Origin: Squalus acanthias
Lineage: Eukaryota
Assembly (NCBI GenBank): GCA_030390025.1
Contig: CM059431.1
Coordinates: forward strand, 129,334,001 to 129,398,000
Direction of reading: 5' to 3'
DNA length: 64,000 nucleotides
Shown here in pieces: positions 24,221 through 36,149 of this stretch (its first letter is position 1; every line of letters starts with the position of its first letter). The notes under the pieces are model-generated. The model was not told where the DNA came from, did not search any database, and worked only from the letters and a program-made list of their open reading frames with translations. The translations under genes were made by a program, and so were the position numbers.

Positions 24221-26355
24221 TGCTAGAGTCTATTATAAAGGATGTGATAACAGGACACTTAGAAAATATGAACAGGATTAGACAAAGTCAACATGGATTT
24301 ATGAAAGGGAAATCATGTTTGACAAACCTACTGGAATTTTTTGAGGATGTAACTGGTAGAATAGATAAGGGAGAACCAGTGGATGTGGTGTATTTGGATT
24401 TTCAGAAAGCCTTTGATAAAGTCCCACATAAGAGGTTAGTGTGCAAAATTAAAGCACATGGGATTGGGGGTAATATACTGGCATGGATTGAAAATTGGTT
24501 AACAGACAAGAAACAGAGAGTTGGAATAAATGGGTCTTTTTCGGGGTGGCAGGCAGTGACTAGTGTGGTACCGCAGGGATCAGTGCTTGGGCCCCAGCTA
24601 TTCACAATGGGCCAAAAATTCGGCACTTGCCGGGTGAGTACGCACTGTGTACTCACCCACAAGGGCCCCTGAAGTGTCGGTTTCCTGCATGCACTGCGCA
24701 TGCGCAGGAAACCGGAACTTCTGGTCTCGTGAAGGGAGCGGTTCAGAGGTGAACCGCGTGCGCGGTAGAGGCTGCGCGCATGCAGCAAACTTAGGTTTTT
24801 TTTCAGGTTTCTCCAGGAGGGTAAGTATTGAAGAGCCTGCGCTTTTAAAAAGGAGGCACAGGACCCGTTTTCAACAAGGTAAGTGGTTAATTAATTATAA
24901 TTTAAAAAAATTTCAACAGCTTTATCTTTTTTAGATACTTTAAAGAAAGGTAAGTTTATTTTTAGCACTGTTAAAAAGTATTTTAATTTTTTCAAAAATT
25001 TAAATTTTTGTTTAAAGTAGTTAATTTATTTAACTTATAGTTATTTTAAAAATGTGATGGTTTTTAAAAAAATTATTTGAAGTTTAGCTGTTCTTTTGGG
25101 GCCGATTTCAATTCATAGATTTGACAGGTCTTCCTGTCAAATCTATGAATGAAAGATGGTCTGCTGCCATTGGCTCTCCATGGCCCACGTGATCCCAGGG
25201 GACGCATCGCACTAACTACGCCCCTGGACACGCACGCACTGCGCGCTGGCACTTGGAGCAGGCCCAGGAGCTGAAGTCCCGTGGCCCAGAAGCAGAACGG
25301 CAAACGCGGTAGGTAAGTGCGTGTGTGATCCTTACCCCCGCGGCAAGCCGGAGAGGCGAATTTCTGGGCCATTATATATCAATGATTTGGATGAGGGAAC
25401 CAAATGTAATATTTCCAAGTTTGCTGACGACACAAAACTAGGTGAGATTGTGAGTTGTGAGGAGGATGCAAAGAGGCTTCAAGGCGATTTAGACACGTTG
25501 AGTGAGTGGGCAAATACATGGCAGATGCAGTATAATGTGGATAAATGTGAAGTTATCCACTTCGGTAGGAAAAACAAAAAGGCAAAGTATTATTTAAATG
25601 GTGATAGATTGGGAAATGTTGATGTACAAAGGGACCTGGGTGTCCTTGTACACCAGTCACTGAAAGCAAACATACAGGTGCAGCAAGCAGTTAGGAAGGC
25701 AAATGGTATGTTGGCCTTCATTGCAAGAGGTTTTGAGTACAGGAGCAAGGATGTCTTACTACAGTTATACAGGGCCTTGGTGAGACCACACCTGGAGTAC
25801 TGTGTGCAGTTTTGGTCTCCTTACCTAAGAAAGGATATACTTGCCATAGAGGGAGTGCAGCGAAGGTTCACCAGACTGATTCCTGGGATGGCAGGACTGT
25901 CATATGAGGAGAGATTGGGTCGACTAGGCCTGTATTCACTAGAGTTTAGAAGAATGAGAGGGGGCCTCAGTGAAACGTATAAAATTCTGACAGGGCTAGA
26001 CAGACTGGATGCAGGGAGGATGTTTCCCCTGGCTGGGGGGTCTAGAACGAGGGGTCACAGTCTCAGGATACGGGGTAGGACATTTAGGACTGAGATAAGG
26101 AGACATTTCTTCACTCAGAGGGTGGTGAACCTGTGAAATTCTCTACCACAGAAGGCTGTGGAGGCCAAGTCACTGAATATATTTAAGAAGGAGATAGATA
26201 GATTTCTAGACACAAAAGGCATCAAGGGGCATGGGGAGAGAACGGGAATATGGTATTGAGAGAGAGGATCAGCCATGATCATATTGAATGGCGGAGCAGG
26301 CTCGAAGGGCCGAATGGCCTACTCCTGTTCCTATTTTTCTATGTTTCTATGTTTC
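24221..26355 (+). mobile_element. 5'-truncated CR1 LINE interrupted by a MITE
   Basis: ORFs 24091 and 25321 are two halves of RT; (TTTCTATG)n tail. Confidence 0.92.
24609..25370. mobile_element. Family D Harbinger-type MITE (762 bp)
   Basis: TIRs GGGCCAAAAATTC / GAATTTCTGGGCC; TSD AAT/ATT restores CR1 FTIYIND. Confidence 0.88.
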
Positions 26356-26790
26356 ATGACCTCAGGACGTCCCAAAGCACTTTACAGCCAATTAAGTACT
26401 TTTGAAGTGTAGTCACTGTTGTAATGTAGGTAATGCAGCAGCCAATCTGCACAAAGGAAGGTCCCCAAAACAGCAATGGAATAAATGACCAGATAATCTC
26501 TTTTTTAGTGTTGTTGGTTGAGGGATAAATGTTGGCCAGGACAGCAGGGAGAACTCCCCTGCTCTTCTTCGAATAATCCCATTGGATCTTTTATATCCAC
26601 CTTAGAAGGCAGACAGGGCCTCAGTTTAACATCTCTTCCAAAAGACGACACCTCCAACAGTGCAGCACTCCCTCAGTACTGCACGGGGAGTGTCAGCCCA
26701 GATTTAGTACTCAATTCCCTGAAGTGGGACTGTGAACCCAGAACCTTCTGACTCAGAGGCGAGAGTGCTACCCACTAAGCCATGGCTGTC
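26356..26790 (-). mobile_element. tRNA-head Deu-domain SINE (SacSINE1-like)
   Basis: Reverse complement of 33105-33560. Confidence 0.8.
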
Positions 26791-26848
26791 ATCTCAATTG
26801 ATCATCACACTTGAACATTTATCTAAAGCACTAACTTCCTCTCCCCAC

Positions 26849-27545
26849 TGTAAGAGTTAATAAGCCAGGTAGAATAGCGAGCATTATCTAGATGGTATGG
26901 TATGGTTAGGTTAGATTAGGTAATAATAGTAGTAAGTGTTAAATGGGAATAAATCAGTCAGAGACACAGGGAGATACAAGATCCAGCTGTTGGGTGTAGG
27001 ATGACACGAGTATAGAATGTTAATTGCTGGACTAGGGCCAAATTCAGGAGGGGAGTGCGAAAAGCGAATAAGACTCTCTGTAATAAATATCTAGAGAAAA
27101 TAAGGAAGTGAAGGCTATCAGGGACAGGCCTAGTCATTCATGTGTGGAGAATGTCCAAAGAACAATAAATAGATAGTAACACTAATGAGAGCGTGTGCGG
27201 GAAGGGTATAGTCTGCTGATGCGATTACATATTAACCATGCATACTCACACATTAACCGCATGCAGTAGGAGTAGGCTTACGTACTAACCTCACGCTCGT
27301 CTTACATAATTAATCATATAAAGGTACTGCATACTTTAGGAACTCTACCTAGTCTTGCAGAGGGCTACTGTGAATGGTCTGGAGTGACTGTTCTTGGTAC
27401 CGATCTCATGAGCACTGCATGGAATGGGTTGTATTAGTGTGTTTATCATTAAAGATTATTAATCAGATGTCTCCCTATCTCTATTTTCCAATTTGTAGTT
27501 CTGTCAGTTAAGGCAGCATACTGGGAGCAAAATTTATCCTTTACA
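26849..27545 (+). mobile_element. Possible old solo LTR
   Basis: TGTAA...TTACA ends, internal TATAAA and ATTAAA; TSD not convincing. Confidence 0.4.
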
Positions 27546-28140
27546 TCCAGTAAGCTGGCACAGAAAAGTGTCAACAAGAGTATAGCAAGTAATTCCCTAA
27601 AAATTAAAGCAACTGGGTTATGCAAATTACATTACATATTCCTTGACAGAGCAGTGTGTGTATTGCAGGAATGAACTCCCTTGCCTCAATTTCCGATGCT
27701 ACTAAAAGGCAAATCTGTCCTATAGTAGGAGGGTTGAACAGTGGTGGACTGTCATAGGAGAAACCTCTAATATTACTTGAAGAGGCTAAATATTGATCGA
27801 TTCAGAAGAGAACATTTGAAAGAAGTCTACAGGAGGTGCAACAGAACATAGAACTATAATTGCACTCTATGGCCACAATTTTAATGGAGGAGGTGGCTTG
27901 GAGTCGGGTTGCCTGGTGGGCGGGGTTCGGACCCGCTGCCGGTTTCAGCCACTCCCGACGTCCCATTTTGGCTTAAATGGATCAATTAGTCCCGTCGTGC
28001 GCCCTGCCTGCTGCAATGTGTGGGAGCAGGTCTGTTGGTCTGCACTAATGAGGTCATTTCTGCACTTGTTTTAAGGGCTCCATGTAGCCTCAGCCTCTCA
28101 TTTATCGTTGCTTCTGCAGCTTGAATGGGCCAAGGTGACC

Positions 28141-30028
28141 ATGAGTGTTGCAAAATCCAAGGCTGCTCCCCGATTCACTGAGGACTCCCTGCAAACTCTT
28201 GTGCAGGGAGTAAGAGGACGCAGGGAGATTCTGTTCCATCCTGATGGCCAGAGGAAGCCTCCTCATCAGACAAAGGCAGCCTGGCTGCAGATTGCTGAGG
28301 TGGTAAGCGCAAGGTCGGTATATACACGCACTTGGGTGCAGTGCCGAAAACGCTTCAATGATCTTCTGCAAACATCAAAAGTGAGTATCACATCACAGTT
28401 ACCTTCAAACTGCTTCCCTACTCTTCTCATCACCAGCACTCTGCATTGTCAACCTGCTCCTCCAAATCCCACCTTACCCTTACTTGACTTACACCGTTAC
28501 CTCTCTATCTCACTCTCTGTACTGAATCACTTCAACATCCTACTATGCACCCCTCACACTCGCTCTCACTGTTATGCAATGGCAACAACTAACAACGCAC
28601 AGGGAGGCAGCTTCCTCTTGCCACCTCACTCCATCTTGGTCTCCCTCTAAGATTCAACGTTATGGATTCTTCACAGTCACTCCATCACTCTCGCTGAAAC
28701 TCCACTTGAGTCCCTCCTTGCAAGAAAAGATAGCCCACAATAAGAGGGAGAAAGCAAAGACAGGAGGAGGCACACCATCCCTGGCAACATTAACCAATGC
28801 TGAGGAGGCTGCTCACGACATTGTGGGAGGTGGCGAGGAGCTGGAAGTGGGGGATGGAGAGACGGGCGCAGTTGAGGAAGCCGGTAACAGAATGCATTTT
28901 CATCCCTCGCATTTACAATTCATCATTGACTGCAGTGGCATATGATGCTCATAGAGATTGACTTCTGATCATCTGCACAATAGGATGTGTGTGCGACCTG
29001 GAAATCTGATGTCTAACTCATGCCTTTACTCTCCCACAGGTCCATCCATCAAGAGCCCCCTCCACTGTCGAGGAGGAAGAGCAAGATGACTCCTCAGAGC
29101 AGCCTCCAGCTTCTGAGGGCGCACCATCTCCAGACATAAGCACACCCAGCAGCAGCGCAGATACGCACACCTTGGTGGGTCCCACTCGAGATAGATTAGT
29201 GTTGTCACCTGGTGTATCACAGCTCACAAGTGAGCATCAGCAGATGGTGGAGACAGCAACAGCAGCGGAGAGTCCTTGTCGGAGGTCGCAGGACGCTCCT
29301 AGCTCTGTTCAGCTGCATGTAGACGTTGTGCCTCTGGGGCCATCCAGAAAGAGAGCGGTGCTGGAACTCCAGGAACAAGTGCAGGAGTCTCTGACAGGGT
29401 TTGCATCTAGGGTAACTGCGAGTGTGCAAAGAATGGAGGAGTCCATCTCTAACATGAGCACTGCCTTTGTGGAGGCAATGGCGCATGAACGTTCCGCCAT
29501 GGAGAGGGTGGCAACTGCCATGTAGGACGTAAGTCGCCAGAGTCACGAAAACATGGTGAGTCTTCAAAATAGATTGTCTGCTATGGAGCATATATGGGTA
29601 TCTATTGAGGAGAGACACCAGAGGTTCATGGGCGTCCTTGTTATGAGGACTGTCAGAACAGAGACCGGTCCTCATGGCCCCCCTGATGTGCAGCAAGGTG
29701 CTGTCCAGCCACTTGCTGGCACTGAAGTGCGGCTGACCCATGAACTGTGGGCTCCTCTCCAAGCGCTCACACAACCATGCCACTGCGGAGCCCTCGGTCA
29801 GAGCCCTTGAGTCCTCACCCAACTGAGATGACCATCTCAGCCCCTGCATAGCTGCAGGAAGTACAGACTGTGGAGGAGCCCTCCCAGGCTCCAAATCCAG
29901 AGGATGCCCACCAAAGGTGTCTAAGCAGGTGCAGCATCAATGTGAGCAAGGTGCCTCTACATCTGTTGAAGCCACAGGGGAAGCACCACATAGAAGCACG
30001 CATAAGAGGAAGTTAACACACAAATAGT
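28141..30028 (+). pseudogene. Three-exon Myb/SANT pseudogene (exons 28141-28380, ~28724-28882, from 29040)
   Basis: Open exon 1 (APRFTEDSLQTLVQGV...RTWVQCRKRFNDL) and exon 2; acceptor CAG>CAA, 4-bp duplication near 29045, stop at 29523. Confidence 0.82.
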
Positions 30029-30061
30029 CACAAGGGTAGTCACTTGGGTGTTTTATTGTAC

Positions 30062-30310
30062 TGTCAAGTATCGAGTGTCCTCCTTGACATGAATCTTGTC
30101 ATTCATGGGAAATGACTTATGACATAATACTCGGCGGCCTGCTGGTGGCGCTGTCCAGGGAGAGTATAAATACTCGGGCATGGGCCCAGCTTGCTCAGGA
30201 CATTCTTTAACAGGAACTAGTGAAGGACAACTCGACCTCCATGTTGTAAAACAGTTGATTAAAGCTTTGTTTAATGCTTAGATCAAGTGTCTAGTAGTTT
30301 TCTTACGTCA
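30062..30310 (+). mobile_element. Possible short solo LTR inside the family C element
   Basis: TGT...CA ends with TATAAA and ATTAAA; no clear TSD. Confidence 0.3.
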
Positions 30311-31544
30311 CTCCTTTTGTGATGTCATTAAACAAAAGTGATGGCAAACAGTTGTTGTGGCTGGTTGTGCTGCTGCCGCGGCTGCTCTTCCTCAGAATCC
30401 GACGAACAGGATGAGAGGGTGCAAATGGGTCCCATACCGTTGCTATAGATATCAGTTGAGGAAAGAAGCTTGCAAACGCAGTCAAAATGACCTGCGGATA
30501 CTTCAAACAGGTCACACTGCAGATGGCTCTCAGCTTGAACACTCACAAGTCCAGTAGAGTAGGTAAATCTTTGCCGAAACATCAAACAACAAAGTTGTGG
30601 CATTTGAATATCAGCCATGATGCAGGAGCGCTTTAACGCTGCTGCACCAACTTACAACAATTCATGACCTCAAGAAACCCGACTCATTGCAAGTGGCATG
30701 TTTCCCACAAGACGGGGAAGACGGAAAAAACGCATCAAAATCGCAAACCCCCATTAAAATAGGATTAGAAAGGCAGTTAACAAGGAGTTAACTGCCTTAA
30801 GTGCTTTCCCCGCCATTTGATTTCGGGTCAGTTCGGGAGTGGCTGACCCGACACTTGCGAAAATAGCGTGGAGGCGGGCTGGAGGCGGGTTCGCATGCCG
30901 CCAGCAGTTTTTCTGATTTTCGTTGCCGACCCGCCTCCAAACCCGCCCTCTCAGCTGAATTAAAATTGCGGCCTATGTTACACAAATGTGCCCATACACA
31001 GTCTTTGAGCACAAGCACACAATAGAGTATGTAAGAACTATTCAGTAGCCATAAGCATAAGTGTGCTTATTTACTCATGATGTACCATCTGCTCACTTCG
31101 CAGATCAGTCACCCTCCTACAAAACCAGAAGAGCCACAATTACTACAGCACCAATTGTCCACATCACCACTTGCACCAAGAAGCATCACAGATACTGCAG
31201 GAGATAAATATACTTATGACGAGGACAGGATGAAGCACTTAGCCGTGATGATAGGGTAGTAGTGGTGTAGATCACAAAGGAGCTAACTGTTGCCGGGCAG
31301 AAGTCCCCATGTTGAGTACCCTGTCTGAGTTGTATGAAGATGCAAAATTTAGTGGGCTTACTTAATGGACTATTATAGTAGAAACACATTGAGCAGTCAC
31401 TTGACATTTTATAGCACACAGTTTAGATACGATGAAGGATTCCAGAAGACAGATATGCACTGCCATCTCCCACATGAAAGAATGGACTGTAGATCATGGC
31501 CCATGAGAAAATGTATAAGGCGTAAGTTCAGTAGCGGATGGCAA

Positions 31545-31890
31545 CAATAACAACAACAACTTGTATTTAGATAACACCTTTAACGTAGTAAAACATCCCA
31601 AGGCGCTGCACAGGAGTATTTTAAGACAAAAAATTTGACACCAAGCCACATAAGGATAAATTAGGGCAGGTGACCAAAAGCTTGGTCAAAGAGGTAGGTT
31701 TTAAGGAGCATCTTAAAGGAGGAAAGAGAGGTAGCGAGGTGGAAGGGTTTAGGCAGGGAATTCCAGAGCTTAGGGCCGAGGCAACAGAAGGAACGGCCAT
31801 CAACGGTTGAGCGATTATAATCAGGGATGCTCAAGAGGGCAGAATTAGAGGAGCACAGGTATCTCGGGGGGTTGTGAGGCTGAAGGAGAT
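31545..31890 (-). mobile_element. L2 LINE 3' fragment
   Basis: (TTG)n tail; GPKLWNSLP...FKMLLKTYLF; matches 58470-58810. Confidence 0.88.
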
Positions 31891-32605
31891 AGGAATATGC
31901 CATCATCTGCACAAGTAGGAGTCGGAGCTTCTGTAATCAATGAGTTCACAGTGATTCCAGCAAAAGACCCTTGGTAATCATGTATGGCCATCAGGGTTAC
32001 TAGTTTTGTGAAGCCTGTGCAACTCACCAGCCGGTTCAGTAGCCATCTGCAGCCGCTGGTCCCTGAGCTATGGCCCTGAAATTGAAAGAATCGTGTGATG
32101 CTCCAGCCATGGAGCATCACGTGACTTAATTTTAATGGAAAATCAGGAGAGCAGTGAATCAAGCCATGAGATGAGTCTCAGAATTTCAGGGCTCACATCT
32201 TGAAGTTGTTCATTCTTAGCTGTCTATTAGATATGCAAAAATAAAGGTAACCGAATATTTGTTGTTCTTACAAACACTGTGCTCTTCAAGGTTTTAAAAT
32301 TTAGGCCAAACAACAAAGTAATGCCTCATTTAAGAGTTAGAACCCTATTATATTTTCAATCAACAATAAATGGTTGGTATTTTTTTTTACTTCAGAGCAG
32401 TAATGAACAGGATGACTTTACTGTTGGTATTAATTGTCCATTATTTGTCTTAAATAAATAATAATTAATGGTGCAGCATAATTTGAAAAACTTTTTTGAT
32501 TTAATGTAAACCAAAAAAGGACAGTTAGTAAAGTCAATCAAATGTTTTTTACACAATCATAAAACAAAACATTTTATTGGAGATACTCTGTTATATTATT
32601 TAGTG

Positions 32606-33090
32606 AGAAGTCGCACAACACCAGGTTATAGTCCAACAGATTTATTTAAAATTACAAGCTTTCGGAGCTGTCGCTCCTTCTTCAGGTAGGGTAGCTGTGA
32701 GAGAATCTCCCAGAATTCACAATATAAACACAGAAAAAATGTATTCAAATCTTTCCCTACATCAAAGACACACTAAGAGCACAGCCAAGACAATGAGATG
32801 TGTCCCAGGGGGTCCAACGTGTCAAAACACCTGCTGGCTGCATATCCTCTCCATTTGGGTTTGGTTCTTGTGTTATTTTTTTTTTTTAAACCTGGAAAGA
32901 CCGGCCATGATGTCAAGTCACGTTCTGTATCGTGACATGAACCCGATATCGCGATTGAGGCCATCCTCATGAGTGCGGAACTTGGCTATCAGTTTCTGCT
33001 CTATGATTTTGCGCTGTCGTGTATCCCGAAGGCCGCCTTGGAGAACGCTTACCCGAAGATCCGAGGCTGAATGCCCCTGACTGCTGAAGT
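32606..33090 (-). mobile_element. 5'-truncated Penelope-like element
   Basis: Same endonuclease C-terminus and pLTR end as 8353-8950; 10-bp TSD TTATTTAGTG at 32596-32605 and 33091-33100. Confidence 0.9.
32653..32688 (-). ncRNA. Minimal hammerhead ribozyme motif
   Basis: UAC-CUGAAGA-A-GGAGC-GACA-GCUCC-GAAA-GCUU-GUA. Confidence 0.75.
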
Positions 33091-33104
33091 TTATTTAGTG
33101 TACA

Positions 33105-33560
33105 GGTGACATCTGTGGTTCAGTTGGTAGCACCCTCGTCTCTGAGTCAGAAGGTTGTGGGTTCAAGTTCCACTCCAGAGACTTGACCACAAAAATCTAG
33201 GTTGACACTCCAGTGCAGTGCTGAGGGAGTGCTGCACTGTCGGAGGTGCCGTCTTTTGGATGAAATGTTAAACCGAGGCCCCGTCTGCTCTTTCAGGTGG
33301 ACGTAAAAGATCCCATGGCACTATTTCGAAGAAGAGCAGGGGAGTTATCCCCGGTGTCCTGGCCAATATTTATCCCTCAATCAACATCACTAAAACAGAT
33401 TATCTGGTCATTATCACATTGCTGTTTGTGGGAGCTTGCTGTGCGCGTTTCCTACATTACAACAGTGACTACACTTCAAAAAAGTACTTCATTGGTTGTA
33501 AAGTGCTTTCGGACATCCGGTGGTCGTGAAAGGCGTTATATAAATAAAGTCTTTCTTTTC
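33105..33560 (+). mobile_element. Full-length tRNA-head Deu-domain SINE (SacSINE1-like) with L2-type tail
   Basis: A box TGGTTCAGTTGG, B box GGTTCAAGTTC, central GTAAAAGATCCCATGGCACT...CCCCGGTGTCCTGGCCAA, (CTTT)n end. Confidence 0.85.
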
Positions 33561-34005
33561 TTTGTTCTCCTAGGAATTAACTCCCCCAAGGACACATCTG
33601 CACAAGGCAAGTGATAACTCATCCAGTTGAATGATTTGATTGACTACTCAGTCAAGATAAAGCATTGATAAGGTGTATGGGAGACCTTCTTGATAAAACT
33701 GAAATACATTAAGTGAATAATGGGATGAGGTAATCCTTTGATAATATATGAATCTGCACCAGAGGAAAAAATATATAAAGAGAGGTGTTGGAACAGATTG
33801 TTCAGAATTCAAAAAGACTTGGCCAGCTGATCCGTTCAAGCTCGAGAGCTCCGGTAATTCATATTATCGTAAGTGTAATCTTAAGTATATGTATAATTAT
33901 TATTAATAATGGTTATCATTGTATGCTTAATTCCTAAGAAAGCCAATAAATGCCATTGAACCCTATTAATTTGTGGAAACTTATAAACTTATAAGGAAAA
34001 ACATC

Positions 34006-34121
34006 CATTTCCTAACAATTACAACAGTGACTACAATTCAAAAGTACTTCATTGGCTGTAAAATGCTTTAGGATGTCCTACGGTGGTGAAATGTGCCATA
34101 TAAATGCAAGTCATTCTTTCT
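34006..34121 (+). mobile_element. SINE 3' tail fragment (similar tails at ~40935-41028, 45208-45318, 50329-50443)
   Basis: ACAACAGTGACTAC...AAGTACTTCATTGGCTGTAAA...TATAAATGCAAG. Confidence 0.8.
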
Positions 34122-34880
34122 TACTTGTAGAATCCTTTGCATATTGTCACATACAATCTGTACATTGAGGGACTGGAAGCCCTTCTTGTTGAGGTAGTTG
34201 AGGTGGTTTTCTTCAAGAGCTTGCAAAGCAATGCAGATGCCTTCGGTTACACCCTGGACTTTGGGAAAGCCAGCAACTCTGCAAAACTGGATGGCTCTAT
34301 CTCGCTGCTGCCTTGCTGTACTGCCAAAGGTGATGAACTCCCTCACTCTCCTGTAAAGTAGGTCATTCACCTGACAAATATATTTCTGTACTGCAGCCTG
34401 GCTGATATTACAGAGACCCTTTGGTTTCCTAAAATGAACCTGTGCCATAAAAGTTGTGTGGTTGCCACCTACATAGGCACAGACATAGCAAATTTCCGTA
34501 GTGGTTTTCCTACTCATCCACCATAACATCGGCAAGAGAGCTGCGGAAACCCTGGTAAACTAGTATAAATGACATTAGGGCAGACAAGCGGGAAAACCAT
34601 CACAGAAATTCACCCCCAGGAAGAGGAATGCCATGATTGCAGGTCCTCGTGCAGTAGGTGTCCTATAACTTCTTTTGTGAAGCACTTTCTTCTTATACAC
34701 ATATCCTCATTAAGGCCCTCATATGACCAGTGTTACCTGTATTTTCTATTTTCTATTGGGGGGGTGGTAATATCTGATGAGGTCCATCCTCCTTAAATGC
34801 TGCCTAACTCTCCTTTGCTCCATCTTATGCTGCTCTTCCTTCTCCATAATGATGACATACTAGTGTATGGCCATAGGGAA
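34122..34880 (-). pseudogene. Old Harbinger transposase remnant
   Basis: NISQAAVQKYICQV...VAGFPKVQGV...NKKGFQSLNVQIVCD. Confidence 0.8.
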
Positions 34881-35568
34881 TACTATACCTGCTCCTGAGA
34901 AGGCCTCACTGTGGGTTGAGTGGGTGGACTCACCCTGTCAGAAGCAGAATGCCAGAAGTTTCCCTTGAAACATATGTTCACAGCTGCAGAAATCGCTACT
35001 AAAATTCTCCACACACTTCAGGCTCTGAAACTTCTCACTTTCTCCCGCCCTAGTTGATCCTGCCAACAGCTGCACCTTATAGTTCTCAGTCTAACTTAAC
35101 CCAAGGGCTTTGCTAGTGTAAAAGCAAGAAACCTGGTGCTGCAGTACCACTACCCTTCATTATCATTTATTTAAATGAATTAATTTGGGACTTAGCAGGC
35201 GAATCTCAGTAAAGGCTAAAAACATGGGGGAATTCAGGAGATCAATTTTGGGGCAGAAAACCAGCAGAAGCAGCTTCTACTCCTGCCAAAAAAAGGTTAC
35301 TTGCCCTGATTATACACTGAAAACACACCGAAAACAACATGCACCTTCTCTCTCCCCTCCCCACCCCCCTTCAAATGTAAGACTTTTCTCCTTGGCTCAA
35401 ATAAGCAGAGTAAGCATACTGATTCATTGAAATATAAATCAGCAAAGATTCCACAAAAACCTACATTAAACCAACCATTTGAAATGTTGCAATTTCAACC
35501 AACCAGATTATTAAATTTGCTTTTTCAAGGTGGTCCAGTTGCCATTTTATTTCTGGCCCAGCTAAATA

Positions 35569-35698
35569 TGACGAAGGGTCATCGACCTGAAACGTTAACA
35601 CTGTTTCTCTCTCTACAGATGCTGCCTGACCTGCTGAGTATTTCCAGCATTTTCTGTTTTTATTTCAGATTTCCAGCATCCGCAGTATTTTGCTTTTG
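35569..35698 (+). mobile_element. pLTR fragment of a second Penelope-type family with a 5'-clipped hammerhead motif
   Basis: TGACGA-A-GGGTC-ATC-GACCT-GAAA-CGTT then GATGCTGCCTGACCTGCTGAG. Confidence 0.65.
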
Positions 35699-35699
35699 T

Positions 35700-35976
35700 A
35701 TAAGTCCTAACATTTAATGGGGTATTTAACAGCGATATTACCACAGAAAAGCCCAAGTTTTCATCAGTTTCACTGATCTCCCTGAATACACTAATTGCTG
35801 GCTATGGGGGCGGCCACAGAGCAGCCAGTGTTGGAGCAGTGAATGACTGAGCGCAACTTCAGGATTTCCACATTTAGATGCGCATGCGCTACATCCTGAA
35901 GTTGCAGTCAATTTCAAAGGGGTAAAACGGTGAACACTGTTAGTTCGCCATTATTACCCACCGCAAATTCCGGCCC
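35700..35976. mobile_element. Right part of a family F-like MITE
   Basis: Ends CAAATTCCGGCCC; shares internal block with 21400-21440. Confidence 0.55.
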
Positions 35977-36149
35977 ATAAACATTTTCCGAAAAGTTGTC
36001 GGAAACCCAGAGTCAACTATCAAAAGTCACATCAAAGTGAAGAAACTCAATCACTCAAATCCAAACAAGACACAAGAAAGCTAAGATCCACTTCAAAAGT
36101 TTGATTTTGGAAAAATAGCTGTTGCAGATTGCATAGATCTTCAGATTCC

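Larger units (their letters stand above)
27871..30973 (+). mobile_element. Family C Harbinger carrying only the Myb gene (no transposase)
   Basis: TIRs GGCCACAATTTTAAT / ATTAAAATTGCGGCC; TSD TAT on both sides. Confidence 0.9.

Noticed and set aside
33112..33185. tRNA gene
   Set aside because: A/B boxes belong to a SINE head; no complete cloverleaf
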